Source: an uncultured Candidatus Saccharibacteria bacterium (lineage in GTDB: Bacteria > Patescibacteriota > Saccharimonadia > CAILAD01 > BJGX01). From it: a stretch of DNA of 64,000 bases. Below, piece after piece: positions 48,756-58,371 of this stretch (its first letter is position 1; every line of letters begins with the position of its first letter). Under the pieces are notes generated by a model. That model ran no database searches. It worked only from the letters and a program-made list of their open reading frames with translations, and was not told the origin of the DNA. The translations under genes were made by a program, and so were the position numbers. The DNA lies in assembly GCA_964552475.1 (NCBI GenBank), contig CAZKFZ010000002.1:134160-198159 (forward strand), in the 5' to 3' direction.

Positions 48756-50687
48756 TTACTTATCTTTTCCGTCCACTACTTCACCGTCTTCACCGTCATC
48801 AGATTTGGTGTCTTCACTATCTTTTTCGCCTTCTTTAACCTCGGCTTCTTCAACTTTTTCATCTTTATTGGCTTCGGCATCTTTAGCTTCTTGCTTATAC
48901 ATAGCTTCGCCTATTTTCATGAGTTTTTCGTTAAGATCATCACTTAACTTTTTGAGCTCGGCAGTATCTTCACTGTCTATTTTTTCCTTGAGAGCAGCCA
49001 CAGCATCTTCAACAGGTTTCTTGTCTTCTGCACTTATCTTGTCACCAGCATCTTTTAGAGTTTTTTCAGCAGTGTATATGAGGGTGTCGGCATGATTTTT
49101 TGCTTCTACCTGTTCTTTCTTTTTCTTATCTTCATCAGCATGGGTTTCGGCGTCTTGTTGCATCTTTTTAATTTCTTCTTCGCTTAAGCTACCACCACCA
49201 GTAATGGTAATTTTTTGTTCTTTGCCAGTAGCCTTGTCTTTGGCACTCACATTTACAATACCGTTGGCATCTATATTAAAGCTTACTTCTATTTGTGGAA
49301 CTCCACGCGGAGCAGGTGGAATTCCATCGAGTATGAATCTACCAAGCGATTTGTTGTCGTTGGCCATTTCGCGCTCACCTTGCAATACGTTTATCTCTAC
49401 GCTTGTTTGATTATCAGCAGCTGTAGAGAAGGTTTGTGACTTACTAGTAGGAATGGTGGTGTTGCGCTCAATTAATTTAGTACTTACTGAGCCCATAGTT
49501 TCGATACCAAGACTTAGTGGAGTTACGTCCAACAAGAGAACGTCCTTAACGTCTCCACCCAATACACCACCTTGTATAGCAGCACCTATAGCTACAACTT
49601 CGTCGGGATTAACACCTTGTAGTGGCTTTTTACCAAAGAATTCTTCTACTTTGCGTTGCACTAACGGCATTCTGGTCATACCACCTACTAATATAATCTC
49701 GTTGATTTCGTCTTTTTTTAGCCCGGCATCTTTTAGGGCTGCCTCACAAGGCACAAGAGTTTTGTCTACCAACTCACTTACAATTTTCTCAAAGTCTGCA
49801 CGGCTGAGAGTCATATCTAGGTGTTTTGGTCCACTAGCATCAGCAGTTACAAAGGGAATATTTATGTTGGTCTCGTTGGTAGTAGAGAGCTCTATCTTAG
49901 CCTTTTCGGCGGCTTCTTTTAGTCGCTGCATTGCGGCTTTGTCGGCCTTAAGATCTATGCCTTGATCTTTTTTGAATTCGTCTATGAGCCAATTTATAAG
50001 CGTAAGGTCAAAATCATCGCCACCTAGGTGGGTATCACCATTGGTAGATTTTACTTCAAATACGCCATCGCCTAGCTCTAGTACTGATACGTCGAATGTG
50101 CCCCCACCAAGGTCGTAAACAACTACTTTTTCTTCTTTCTTTTTCTCTAAACCATAAGCCAATGCAGCAGCGGTAGGCTCGTTGATAATTCGTTTTACCT
50201 CTAGCCCAGCAATCTTGCCAGCATCTTTGGTGGCTTGGCGTTGAGCATCGTCAAAGTAAGCCGGTACAGTTATAACAGCCTCAGTTACTTCTGTGCCTAA
50301 ATATTTTTCGGCATCAGCTTTGAGCTTAGAGAGTATCATGGCTGATATTTCTTCTGGAGTATAATCTTTACCAGCCATTTGTACTTTTACATGGCCATCG
50401 GCCTGTACTATCTTGTAAGGCATAAGGTCTATATCGCGTTTTACTTCGGGGTCGTCAAACTTACGCCCTATAAGTCGCTTTACCGAAAATATTGTGTTGT
50501 CAGGGTTAATTACCGCCTGACGTTTAGCAGTTTGGCCTACCAAACGCTCGTCGTTTTTGTTGACCGCAACCACACTCGGTGTGGTACGAGCACCTTCTAT
50601 ATTAGTTATTACCGTAGGGTCGCCACCCTCCATCACTGCCATAGCTGAGTTGGTGGTTCCTAAGTCTATTCCTATAATCTTACTCAT
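48756..50687 (-). CDS. dnaK: Chaperone DnaK
   Basis: [39 protein letters not shown]. Confidence 0.98.
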   Translation of the reverse strand: MSKIIGIDLGTTNSAMAVMEGGDPTVITNIEGARTTPSVVAVNKNDERLVGQTAKRQAVINPDNTIFSVKRLIGRKFDDPEVKRDIDLMPYKIVQADGHVKVQMAGKDYTPEEISAMILSKLKADAEKYLGTEVTEAVITVPAYFDDAQRQATKDAGKIAGLEVKRIINEPTAAALAYGLEKKKEEKVVVYDLGGGTFDVSVLELGDGVFEVKSTNGDTHLGGDDFDLTLINWLIDEFKKDQGIDLKADKAAMQRLKEAAEKAKIELSTTNETNINIPFVTADASGPKHLDMTLSRADFEKIVSELVDKTLVPCEAALKDAGLKKDEINEIILVGGMTRMPLVQRKVEEFFGKKPLQGVNPDEVVAIGAAIQGGVLGGDVKDVLLLDVTPLSLGIETMGSVSTKLIERNTTIPTSKSQTFSTAADNQTSVEINVLQGEREMANDNKSLGRFILDGIPPAPRGVPQIEVSFNIDANGIVNVSAKDKATGKEQKITITGGGSLSEEEIKKMQQDAETHADEDKKKKEQVEAKNHADTLIYTAEKTLKDAGDKISAEDKKPVEDAVAALKEKIDSEDTAELKKLSDDLNEKLMKIGEAMYKQEAKDAEANKDEKVEEAEVKEGEKDSEDTKSDDGEDGEVVDGKDK

Positions 50688-51241
50688 TATTGTTCTCCTT
50701 TTATAACTTTATCGTTTTTTAAATTACTGTTTTTGCCACTACTTACCTTTACTTGCGCCGGCCGCACTACTCGCTCACCTATTTGATATCCGGGTATAAT
50801 TACTTCTACAATGGTTTCAGGTGGCTTGTCTGAGCTAATGTGTTCTATAGCCTCGTGCAAAGCGGGATCAAATAACTCTCCTGTTGGGCTGAATCGCTTA
50901 ACGCCCATATCCTCTAAAATGTCTAGCATTTGCTGGCCCACATATTGCATACCTTTGGCCCAGGCGTTGTCTTCTAGCTCAGCCGGCAAGTGGGTGGCAG
51001 CTCTGTCGAAGTTATCTAGTGCCGGCAAAAGCTCAGATAGTACGGCTTCTTTTGCGTTGTCCATCAATTCAGAGCGCTGACTGGCTTCGCGTTTTTTATA
51101 ATTCTCAAACTCTGCTTGCAAGCGCTGTAAATGCAGTGTAAGCTCTCCTATTTGTTGCTCGTACTGCTCTGGTGATTTCTTCTTAGATATTTTCTTGGGT
51201 AGTTTTTTTGAATTCATAATATTCTTATCGGCTTTCTCCAA
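50687..51241 (-). CDS. grpE: Nucleotide exchange factor GrpE
   Basis: [33 protein letters not shown]...RPAQV. Confidence 0.95.
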   Translation of the reverse strand: MEKADKNIMNSKKLPKKISKKKSPEQYEQQIGELTLHLQRLQAEFENYKKREASQRSELMDNAKEAVLSELLPALDNFDRAATHLPAELEDNAWAKGMQYVGQQMLDILEDMGVKRFSPTGELFDPALHEAIEHISSDKPPETIVEVIIPGYQIGERVVRPAQVKVSSGKNSNLKNDKVIKGEQ

Positions 51242-51932
51242 ATGCTTCTTCTAAAGCGTGCGTAGTACCTTCTACTAAGTTCATTACTTTATTGTAGCTT
51301 TGGCGCGTAGGACCAACTATACCTATGTAACTTCTGTCTGAGTAGGGGCTAGAAAAACGATTAACTATCATAGTAAGTCCGCTGTTACGAGCAATTGGGT
51401 TCTCGGCACCAATATATACCTGTAGCTTTTCTACATTGGCACTCTCTAGCCACTGCTGCATAGCGTCTATAAAACGTGCTGCCTCAAGTGCCTGTACTTG
51501 GTCTAAAAACTCTGGTTGAGAGAAAAGTTGGCTCATACCATGTAGGTATACTGAGTCACTAAGAGTAGCGAAGGCCATATTACCTGTCAAATCACTTAAG
51601 GTTTCTGCAGCTATCTTTATGGCGCCGTCAGTTCTATCTTTAAGACTATCCACCCTTTTTGCTATAGTTTGCACACTTTTACTTGGATTGGATTGGTCTT
51701 GAGACGATACGGTGTTTACAAAGAACCTGTAGCCTTTATCGGTCGGTACACGCCCAGCTGACACATGTGGCTGAAATATGTAGCCCTGATCTTCTAATAT
51801 GCCCATTTCGGCACGAATAGTAGCTGAACTAAGTCCAAAAAGCCTAGTTAACTCACGCGAGCTAACTGGTTCGGCAGAGTCGGCATAGAGCTGAATTATC
51901 TCAGATAGAATCTGTTTTTGACGATCTGTCAT
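51225..51932 (-). CDS. hrcA: Heat-shock repressor HrcA (short form)
   Basis: MTDRQKQIL, PVSS, SSATIR, QPHVSAGRVPTDKGYR, IVGPTR. Confidence 0.93.
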   Translation of the reverse strand: MTDRQKQILSEIIQLYADSAEPVSSRELTRLFGLSSATIRAEMGILEDQGYIFQPHVSAGRVPTDKGYRFFVNTVSSQDQSNPSKSVQTIAKRVDSLKDRTDGAIKIAAETLSDLTGNMAFATLSDSVYLHGMSQLFSQPEFLDQVQALEAARFIDAMQQWLESANVEKLQVYIGAENPIARNSGLTMIVNRFSSPYSDRSYIGIVGPTRQSYNKVMNLVEGTTHALEEAFGESR

Positions 51933-51959
51933 GACATATATATGATAATACTATCGTTA

Positions 51960-51986
51960 TTGGCAGTCAACACTATATAGTGCCAA
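51960..51986. promoter_or_regulatory. Degenerate second CIRCE operator
   Basis: TTGGCAGTC-N9-TAGTGCCAA. Confidence 0.7.
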
Positions 51987-52008
51987 CTTGATTTCTATTA
52001 TATATAAG

Positions 52009-52035
52009 TTAGCACTCTAGTGTCAAGAGTGCTAA
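52009..52035. promoter_or_regulatory. CIRCE operator (HrcA site)
   Basis: Perfect TTAGCACTC-N9-GAGTGCTAA upstream of hrcA. Confidence 0.95.
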
Positions 52036-52216
52036 TTGGGTTTTATTTGCGTCTGGGTTGATTTGAAAGTATTCATTATAATTTTTGTATTATCACGTCC
52101 TGGAAAATCTATTACGTTTTCGGGCTGACTAGGTTTATTTGGAGAATCTGTCATTAGACATTATTTATTATGGTTAAGTTTATTATACATAAAAAAATGA
52201 TTATTACATATTTTGC

Positions 52217-52468
52217 CTAGTTATCAGTTGGTAACGTCTCTTCTATAGTTGTATCGCTCATTTGCTCCGCTGGCACTTTATTATCGCTATCGGCTTCGTA
52301 CGTATGTTCAGGGTCTTCAAAGATATATGTTTGGTCTGTGTCTTGGGCAGGTGTGATTTTAGCTAAGTATTTAAATCCAAACCAAATAAAACTTATTAGT
52401 ACTAACAGTGAACCAATTGCAATTAATACTTTGCGCCTTATATTACTGGGTTTAATTTGTGAGTTCAT
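52217..52468 (-). CDS. Small membrane-anchored acidic protein
   Basis: Start MNSQIK; basic N-terminus, one TM, acidic tail. Confidence 0.6.
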   Translation of the reverse strand: MNSQIKPSNIRRKVLIAIGSLLVLISFIWFGFKYLAKITPAQDTDQTYIFEDPEHTYEADSDNKVPAEQMSDTTIEETLPTDN

Positions 52469-52545
52469 TGGGCAATAATACCAAAACAATATACAACATA
52501 AAAGCACAGCTGTTTTAGTTAGATCCGTAAAGGGTTAAATCTTAC

Positions 52546-54480
52546 CTAAATCTTAGCTCGCCACTCTTTGTTCTTACCTTTTCTCTTGGCTATGTATAGA
52601 CCAGTAGCACCTATTAGTAAGAGTATAAAGGCAATAAGTGATACCCACTTAATGTTACGGCCAGTGGCAGCGACAACGCTACTCGCCGGACTAGGTGTAA
52701 CACTGGCGGGTATAAGGTTGGCTTCTACTAATGCACCAAACTCAGAGGTGTGTCCAAAGCCATCGGTAGAGTTGTCTGTCATAGTGGTAGTAGCAGAAAC
52801 AAACTTATTACCTTCTACTCCACTAGGAAGAGTAAAGGTTACAGATTGGTTAGTTACATCACCAGCTACATTTTCGGTACCTAAGAAAGTCTGTCCTTCA
52901 CCGTAGCCTGACGGGTCAGCGGCATCATTGGCAAAGAACTCTACTCTATAGCCGGTAGCACCGGCTTCGGCATCATTGATATCTAGATCATAATTGATAG
53001 TTACTTGACCATCGGTAGAAGTGATGGAGTTGATGACTGGGAAGTTCATAAGGTGATTAGATGTGATATCTGGGTCGTCAGCATCGTTGAGAGTGACACC
53101 CAAACTTGTAAACGTCACGAAATCGTTGGTATTGCCGAGTAGATCTATACCTAGCGTAGAAAGCCCACCACCAGTGTTGCTATGCACACTGTTACCCAAA
53201 AAAGAGTTGTTGAGACCGCCAGCTCCACCGAGGCTAGTTACTAATAAGCCAGCTCCGTTACCAGCAACTAGATTAGCCTGGTTACTACTGGTACCTCCTA
53301 TTAGGTTGTTCTCGCTTGCTAAAACCAGAAGAGCTGCCGTTGTATTGCCAACTCCAGCGACTTCGCCGTTGATATTTGTGCCGATATAATTGCCTTGAAT
53401 AGTGTTGTTTGAATTACCTATTATCAAACCCATACTATTGCCAGATATAATATTACGTGCAGCAGCTGTGTTACCGCCAATAGTACAGCCAGCTGTCATG
53501 GTAATGCCTGAATTGGTGTTACCTACATCGGTAAGACCGGTGTAGCCGGTACCAATTAAGTTACCTTGAACAAGCGTTGAACCAGATAGGTTTATCCCAT
53601 TAGTACCATTACCAGAAATTACATTAATTGCACCCGCACTTGTGCCGCCTATGAGGTTATTGGCAGAGCCTTGTACCATACCAACGCCAGAACTTTCGTT
53701 GGGCATAGCCGTAAGTCCTCCAGCATCCACTCCTACGTAGTTCCCTTGTACTGTCCAGCCACTACACAAGTCACATATCGACACCCCTTCGTTACCTTGG
53801 CCGCCACCGCTGTCGTCATTACCAGATATTATATTTCTGTCGGCAGGGTCTAGACCACCTACCACTACATTGTCAGCAGAGAAACCCGTACCGCTACCTA
53901 TACCTCTAGCTTCGTTACCAAGATCGGTCAGTCCATCTACGCTGGTACCTATATAATTACCTTCAAATGTAAGTGAGTTGGCTGCCAATATACCTATACC
54001 ATCAAAACTAAATCTATTTATCACTAAGCCTCTTACGGTACTACCGTCACTGCCGGCAATAAAGGCAAGTCCATTGACATTCGGCCCACCAGCAAGAGAA
54101 CCATCTAGTTCTATCATCATAGTGCCATTGAACGGATTGGGAGCGACTGCTGTGTTGGCTACCCAACCAGATTGAGTAGTGCCATCTATAGTGACTTGGT
54201 CGGTAATAGAGGGTAATGCACTGGTGGGCTGTATGGTATGCGGTCCAGCTCCAGCTATCGCAAACTCTATTACATCATCTACACCTACACTGGCGTTAGC
54301 GTCAGTAATAGCTTCCCGTAGCGATCCTGCTCCAGAGTCATTAGTGTTAGTAACCGTAATTGTAGCAGCATGGGCACTGTAGGGACTAAAAAGAGCTACT
54401 CCAGATGTAAGTAGATATGAGAATACTATTAGTGTAGCTAAGAGTATATTGAATGATCTTTTGATGTTTTGTGTTTGCAT
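52546..54480 (-). CDS. Beta-helix repeat surface protein A (644 aa) with VAATG sortase-type sorting signal
   Basis: Signal peptide (AHA), DSGAGSLREAI cap, NxIxGN/GNYIG repeats, VAATG-TM-KRKGKNKEWRAKI. Confidence 0.88.
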   Translation of the reverse strand: MQTQNIKRSFNILLATLIVFSYLLTSGVALFSPYSAHAATITVTNTNDSGAGSLREAITDANASVGVDDVIEFAIAGAGPHTIQPTSALPSITDQVTIDGTTQSGWVANTAVAPNPFNGTMMIELDGSLAGGPNVNGLAFIAGSDGSTVRGLVINRFSFDGIGILAANSLTFEGNYIGTSVDGLTDLGNEARGIGSGTGFSADNVVVGGLDPADRNIISGNDDSGGGQGNEGVSICDLCSGWTVQGNYVGVDAGGLTAMPNESSGVGMVQGSANNLIGGTSAGAINVISGNGTNGINLSGSTLVQGNLIGTGYTGLTDVGNTNSGITMTAGCTIGGNTAAARNIISGNSMGLIIGNSNNTIQGNYIGTNINGEVAGVGNTTAALLVLASENNLIGGTSSNQANLVAGNGAGLLVTSLGGAGGLNNSFLGNSVHSNTGGGLSTLGIDLLGNTNDFVTFTSLGVTLNDADDPDITSNHLMNFPVINSITSTDGQVTINYDLDINDAEAGATGYRVEFFANDAADPSGYGEGQTFLGTENVAGDVTNQSVTFTLPSGVEGNKFVSATTTMTDNSTDGFGHTSEFGALVEANLIPASVTPSPASSVVAATGRNIKWVSLIAFILLLIGATGLYIAKRKGKNKEWRAKI

Positions 54481-54527
54481 AACAACTTTATGAATATTGT
54501 AGCAAAATGTTTATGGTTGGGGCAAAT

Positions 54528-55085
54528 CTAGGTGGTCGGCTTAGCAACCACCACTACCCTACCGTCTGCACTGCCTTTTTCTGTACAAGTATAAATTGTC
54601 AGCTTGGCTTCTCCGCTAGCATCTTCTATCTCGGTCTGAGTTGGTTTTACTTGAAAAACCTTTTCTACCTTATATTTATAATCCTTACTGTTCCAGTGAA
54701 CCAATACTTCATCACCCTCTTTCACGTCTTTGAGGTTATAAAAAAATGATTTCTCTATAACTTCACCAGGTGTTTTACCCCATACAAAACTGTGAGCGCT
54801 AAGTATAAAGTTACCACCAATCTCAGGGTTGCCTTTGTCTGGAAATCTATGCCAAGCACCTTTATCTAATTGTTCTTCTCCACCTTCAGTTATGAGTGTG
54901 TTGATATTTTGTGACGACACTTTAATATAGTTTTGTTTTTCACTAAAAGTAATATTTGAGTTTTTTGAGTAAAATCCTTTTAGTTTTGGAGAAAAATATA
55001 GTATTAAAAAATATATGCCAATTATTATTAGCAAAGACGATATTATTATTAAGAGTATCTTAGTTTTATTTCTCTTTTTTTTCAT
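54528..55085 (-). CDS. Sortase (class D/E-like)
   Basis: NFILSAH, LTIYTC, GRVVVVA; N-terminal TM; start at MKKKR. Confidence 0.93.
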   Translation of the reverse strand: MKKKRNKTKILLIIISSLLIIIGIYFLILYFSPKLKGFYSKNSNITFSEKQNYIKVSSQNINTLITEGGEEQLDKGAWHRFPDKGNPEIGGNFILSAHSFVWGKTPGEVIEKSFFYNLKDVKEGDEVLVHWNSKDYKYKVEKVFQVKPTQTEIEDASGEAKLTIYTCTEKGSADGRVVVVAKPTT

Positions 55086-55145
55086 AGACAATAATCCAGA
55101 CAATTACTAGCTACATTATAGCAACTACTATCTTGATATCTAATA

Positions 55146-58100
55146 CTACAACTTAGGTCGCCACTCTTTTGGGTGGTAACGGCGTCGCACCACTAAAAAC
55201 CCAGCCCCTCCAGTAAGTAGGAGTAAGGTAGATAGAGCAATAAGAGCAATTGCTGGTTTGCCGGTGGGAGCAAGGGTAGCTGGAGTGGGCGTAACACTAC
55301 CAGTAGGTATAAGGGTGCCTTCTACTAGAGCACCAAACTCTGACGTGTGACCAAATCCATCATTGGAAGCATCTGTCATAGTGGTAGTAGCAGAGATAAA
55401 TTTATTACCTTCTACTCCAGCAGGAAGAGTGAATGTAACGCTTTGACCAGTGACATCACCAGCTACATTCTCAAAGCCTAAGAAGGTCTGTCCTTCACCA
55501 TAGCCTGATGGATCAGCTGCATCATTAGCAAAGAACTCTACTCTATAGCCTGTAGCACCAGCTTCGGCATCATTGATGTCTAGATCATAGTTGATGGTGA
55601 CTTGACCATCAGTGGAGGTGATGGAGTTGATGACTGGGAAGTTGAGATAATGATTAGGCCCAGTATTAGTGCCGTCGTAATCTATGTCGTTAGCATCATT
55701 TGGGGTCACTCCTATGTTGATACTCGTGACAAAGTCACTAGTTTGCAGTAAGTCTATACCTTTAGCAATGCTGGCATTTGGAAAAGTAGCACCAGAGTTG
55801 TTGTATATGCTATTACCTAATATTGAAGCTCCTAGAGGATAGAATGTTGCAATACCAATTACAGCAATACCGCTACCATTACCCACTACTGTGTTGCCAG
55901 CTCCTTCGGTAGTTCCACCGATCTGAGTAATAAAGGCATCAGCTAAGACAGCTATCCCAGCCTGAGTATTACCAAAGCCAGCCTCGTATTCACAATTGGC
56001 ATTGGTACCTACACAGTTTCCCTGTACTGTATTGTTGAACGAACTCGCTCCCCCGAATGGACTAAGTCCCATCACTACGATTCCAAATGTAGCATTACCA
56101 GATACAATATTGCCGGCTCCTGAAGTAGTCCCTCCTATAATATTACCGCTGTCTATAGCTCGAAGACCTGGAGATGTTGGGATAGCAGTGGTATTTGGTA
56201 GAACCCCAGACCCATCAGCCTTTAGACCTACATAATTACCCTGCACAGTGGTATTTCCTTCTGCTGATATACCTATGCCACCATTACCACTCACTACATT
56301 GCGGGCACCGGTAGTGGTACCACCTACTATATTGCCTGTGCCAGTACCTGGCTCTATCCTTATACCTGTACTGTTATTTAGAACAGCAAGAGTACCTGTA
56401 TAGTCTGTGCCCACATAATTACCGAGTATTTGATTGTTACTGGCGGCCAACAAGCTGATGTTTAGCACAGTTATGCCTTCGGAATCATTTCCACTTACTA
56501 CATTACGAGCGCCTGTATCCAATCCACCTACAATGGTACCGGATGCATCGTATAGTCCTATGCCAGTTCCGGCATTACCTAGATCAGTGGCCCCATCTAC
56601 AGCAAGACCTACATAGTTGCCCTGAATAGTATTACCCGTACCTGCTGGAGTACCGTCGCCGTCAGTGGATATACCGGAACTATTATTGCCAGATATTATA
56701 TTGCGAGCACCTGAAGTCGTGCCACCTATAGTATTATTTGCAGCGTCATCTCCTAATGCTACGCCGCTAAATGCATTACCTAGATCGGCATCGCCGGCAG
56801 CATTGGTACCTATGTAGTTACCCAAGATTGTATTAGTATCACTATCAGATATATAGACACCAGAACTATTGTTTCCAGATATTATATTACGAGCACCTGA
56901 AGTATTCCCTCCTATAGTAGTTGAATCAGTTTGGCTCAGCTGTACTCCGTTGCCGTTGTTGCCAAGATCGGCAGTACCTGCAGCGTTAGTTCCTATATAG
57001 TTACCTACTACAGTATTTCCAGCTCCTGCCTGGAATAAGGTTACTCCATCGAGTGTATTTCCTGATATTACATTGCGAGCTTCTGCACTGGACCCACCAA
57101 TAGTATTAGTGCTAGCGCCTGCGCCCAACGAAACGCCGAAATTGGTATTGCCGAAATCAACTGCACCTGTTATGTCAGTGCCTATATAATTTCCTTCTAT
57201 CGTAGTTGTTGTTACGTCTTGGCCCAGGAATATGCCATCGACGCCATTATTGGATATGATGTTGCACTCACCCGTACAATTGCCTCCGGCGGTTACTCCA
57301 GTGGTGCCGCCAATTTGAACATTGACTGATTCACCTACAGTTATGCCAGACCCACCGTTTGCAAGCGCTGTTGCACCTGTATATGTCGTACCTATATAGT
57401 TACCGGCTATAGTGAGATTGTCTGAGTTGTGTGGTGCAATACCATGAGAATTGTTGCCAGAAATGACGTTTTTGGCTGCATTGGTAGACCCGCCTACCAC
57501 ATGACCATTGCTATTATCTAGCGACAACGCACCAGAACCCGCTACTTGGGCATTTGGTATGGCAGTAACTCCCGTTGCACCTAGGCCAATGTAGTTTCCC
57601 TGTATAGTCCAGTTGTCATCACCGGTGTTGGGTGATGCGCCACCCTCATTGTTACCAGATATTATATTGCGATCTTCTGCATTGAGACCACCAATAGTAA
57701 GACCATCACCAGCACCATTGTCAGAGTTACCAATACCTCGTAGCGTATTGCCTTGATCTACAAGCCCGGTAGTGTCGGTGCCTATGTAGTTACCAGCTAT
57801 AGTAACATTGGGTGCACCTACGTATATACCATCGTTAGTGAAACGATTGATGACTATACCACGTATACTGCTGCCATCACTACCCGTAGAGAACCTTATG
57901 CCACTAGATGTTCCCGCAAGCTGACCATCTAACTCTACGGTGAGAGTGCCATTAAACGGTGCTGGAGATACTGCAGAGTTGGCTGTAGCTCCACCAGGCG
58001 AGCCGGTATAACCATTAATGGCTACTGGGTCAAAAATAGTTGGTAGCTCTGTAAGGGGTTGAATGGTCATAGCGGCGCTAAATACTATTACGTCTGCACC

Positions 58101-58295
58101 GGGGTTGGAGTTGGCATCGGTAATGGCTTGGCGGAGCGAACCAGCACCAGAGTCAGCATTGTTGGTAACGGTATAGGTAGCGGCAATGGCTCTTTGTGGC
58201 TTGAGTAGTAATACTCCAGAAGAGATGATGTAAGAGAATATAATGACCGAGATAGAGATAATGCTGAATGTTTTTTTGATTTTTGGTTTTTCCAT
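55146..58295 (-). CDS. Beta-helix repeat surface protein C (1049 aa) with LAPTG sorting signal
   Basis: Signal peptide, many IGG.T.GARN(I/V)ISGN repeats, shared C-terminal domain, LAPTG-TM-RRRYHPKEWRPKL. Confidence 0.9.
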   Translation of the reverse strand: MEKPKIKKTFSIISISVIIFSYIISSGVLLLKPQRAIAATYTVTNNADSGAGSLRQAITDANSNPGADVIVFSAAMTIQPLTELPTIFDPVAINGYTGSPGGATANSAVSPAPFNGTLTVELDGQLAGTSSGIRFSTGSDGSSIRGIVINRFTNDGIYVGAPNVTIAGNYIGTDTTGLVDQGNTLRGIGNSDNGAGDGLTIGGLNAEDRNIISGNNEGGASPNTGDDNWTIQGNYIGLGATGVTAIPNAQVAGSGALSLDNSNGHVVGGSTNAAKNVISGNNSHGIAPHNSDNLTIAGNYIGTTYTGATALANGGSGITVGESVNVQIGGTTGVTAGGNCTGECNIISNNGVDGIFLGQDVTTTTIEGNYIGTDITGAVDFGNTNFGVSLGAGASTNTIGGSSAEARNVISGNTLDGVTLFQAGAGNTVVGNYIGTNAAGTADLGNNGNGVQLSQTDSTTIGGNTSGARNIISGNNSSGVYISDSDTNTILGNYIGTNAAGDADLGNAFSGVALGDDAANNTIGGTTSGARNIISGNNSSGISTDGDGTPAGTGNTIQGNYVGLAVDGATDLGNAGTGIGLYDASGTIVGGLDTGARNVVSGNDSEGITVLNISLLAASNNQILGNYVGTDYTGTLAVLNNSTGIRIEPGTGTGNIVGGTTTGARNVVSGNGGIGISAEGNTTVQGNYVGLKADGSGVLPNTTAIPTSPGLRAIDSGNIIGGTTSGAGNIVSGNATFGIVVMGLSPFGGASSFNNTVQGNCVGTNANCEYEAGFGNTQAGIAVLADAFITQIGGTTEGAGNTVVGNGSGIAVIGIATFYPLGASILGNSIYNNSGATFPNASIAKGIDLLQTSDFVTSINIGVTPNDANDIDYDGTNTGPNHYLNFPVINSITSTDGQVTINYDLDINDAEAGATGYRVEFFANDAADPSGYGEGQTFLGFENVAGDVTGQSVTFTLPAGVEGNKFISATTTMTDASNDGFGHTSEFGALVEGTLIPTGSVTPTPATLAPTGKPAIALIALSTLLLLTGGAGFLVVRRRYHPKEWRPKL

Positions 58296-58371
58296 AACAA
58301 TTATTTTATATTCTAACAGTATTAATCAATTATGACAATAGTGGTTATGCTATAATTACAATCATAAATTA

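Noticed and set aside
48744-51080. Plus-strand ORFs opposite dnaK/grpE (e.g. 49453-49965), and similar shadows opposite rny, mgtE, dnaJ and the beta-helix genes
   Set aside because: Antisense shadows of well-conserved genes with no recognisable motifs
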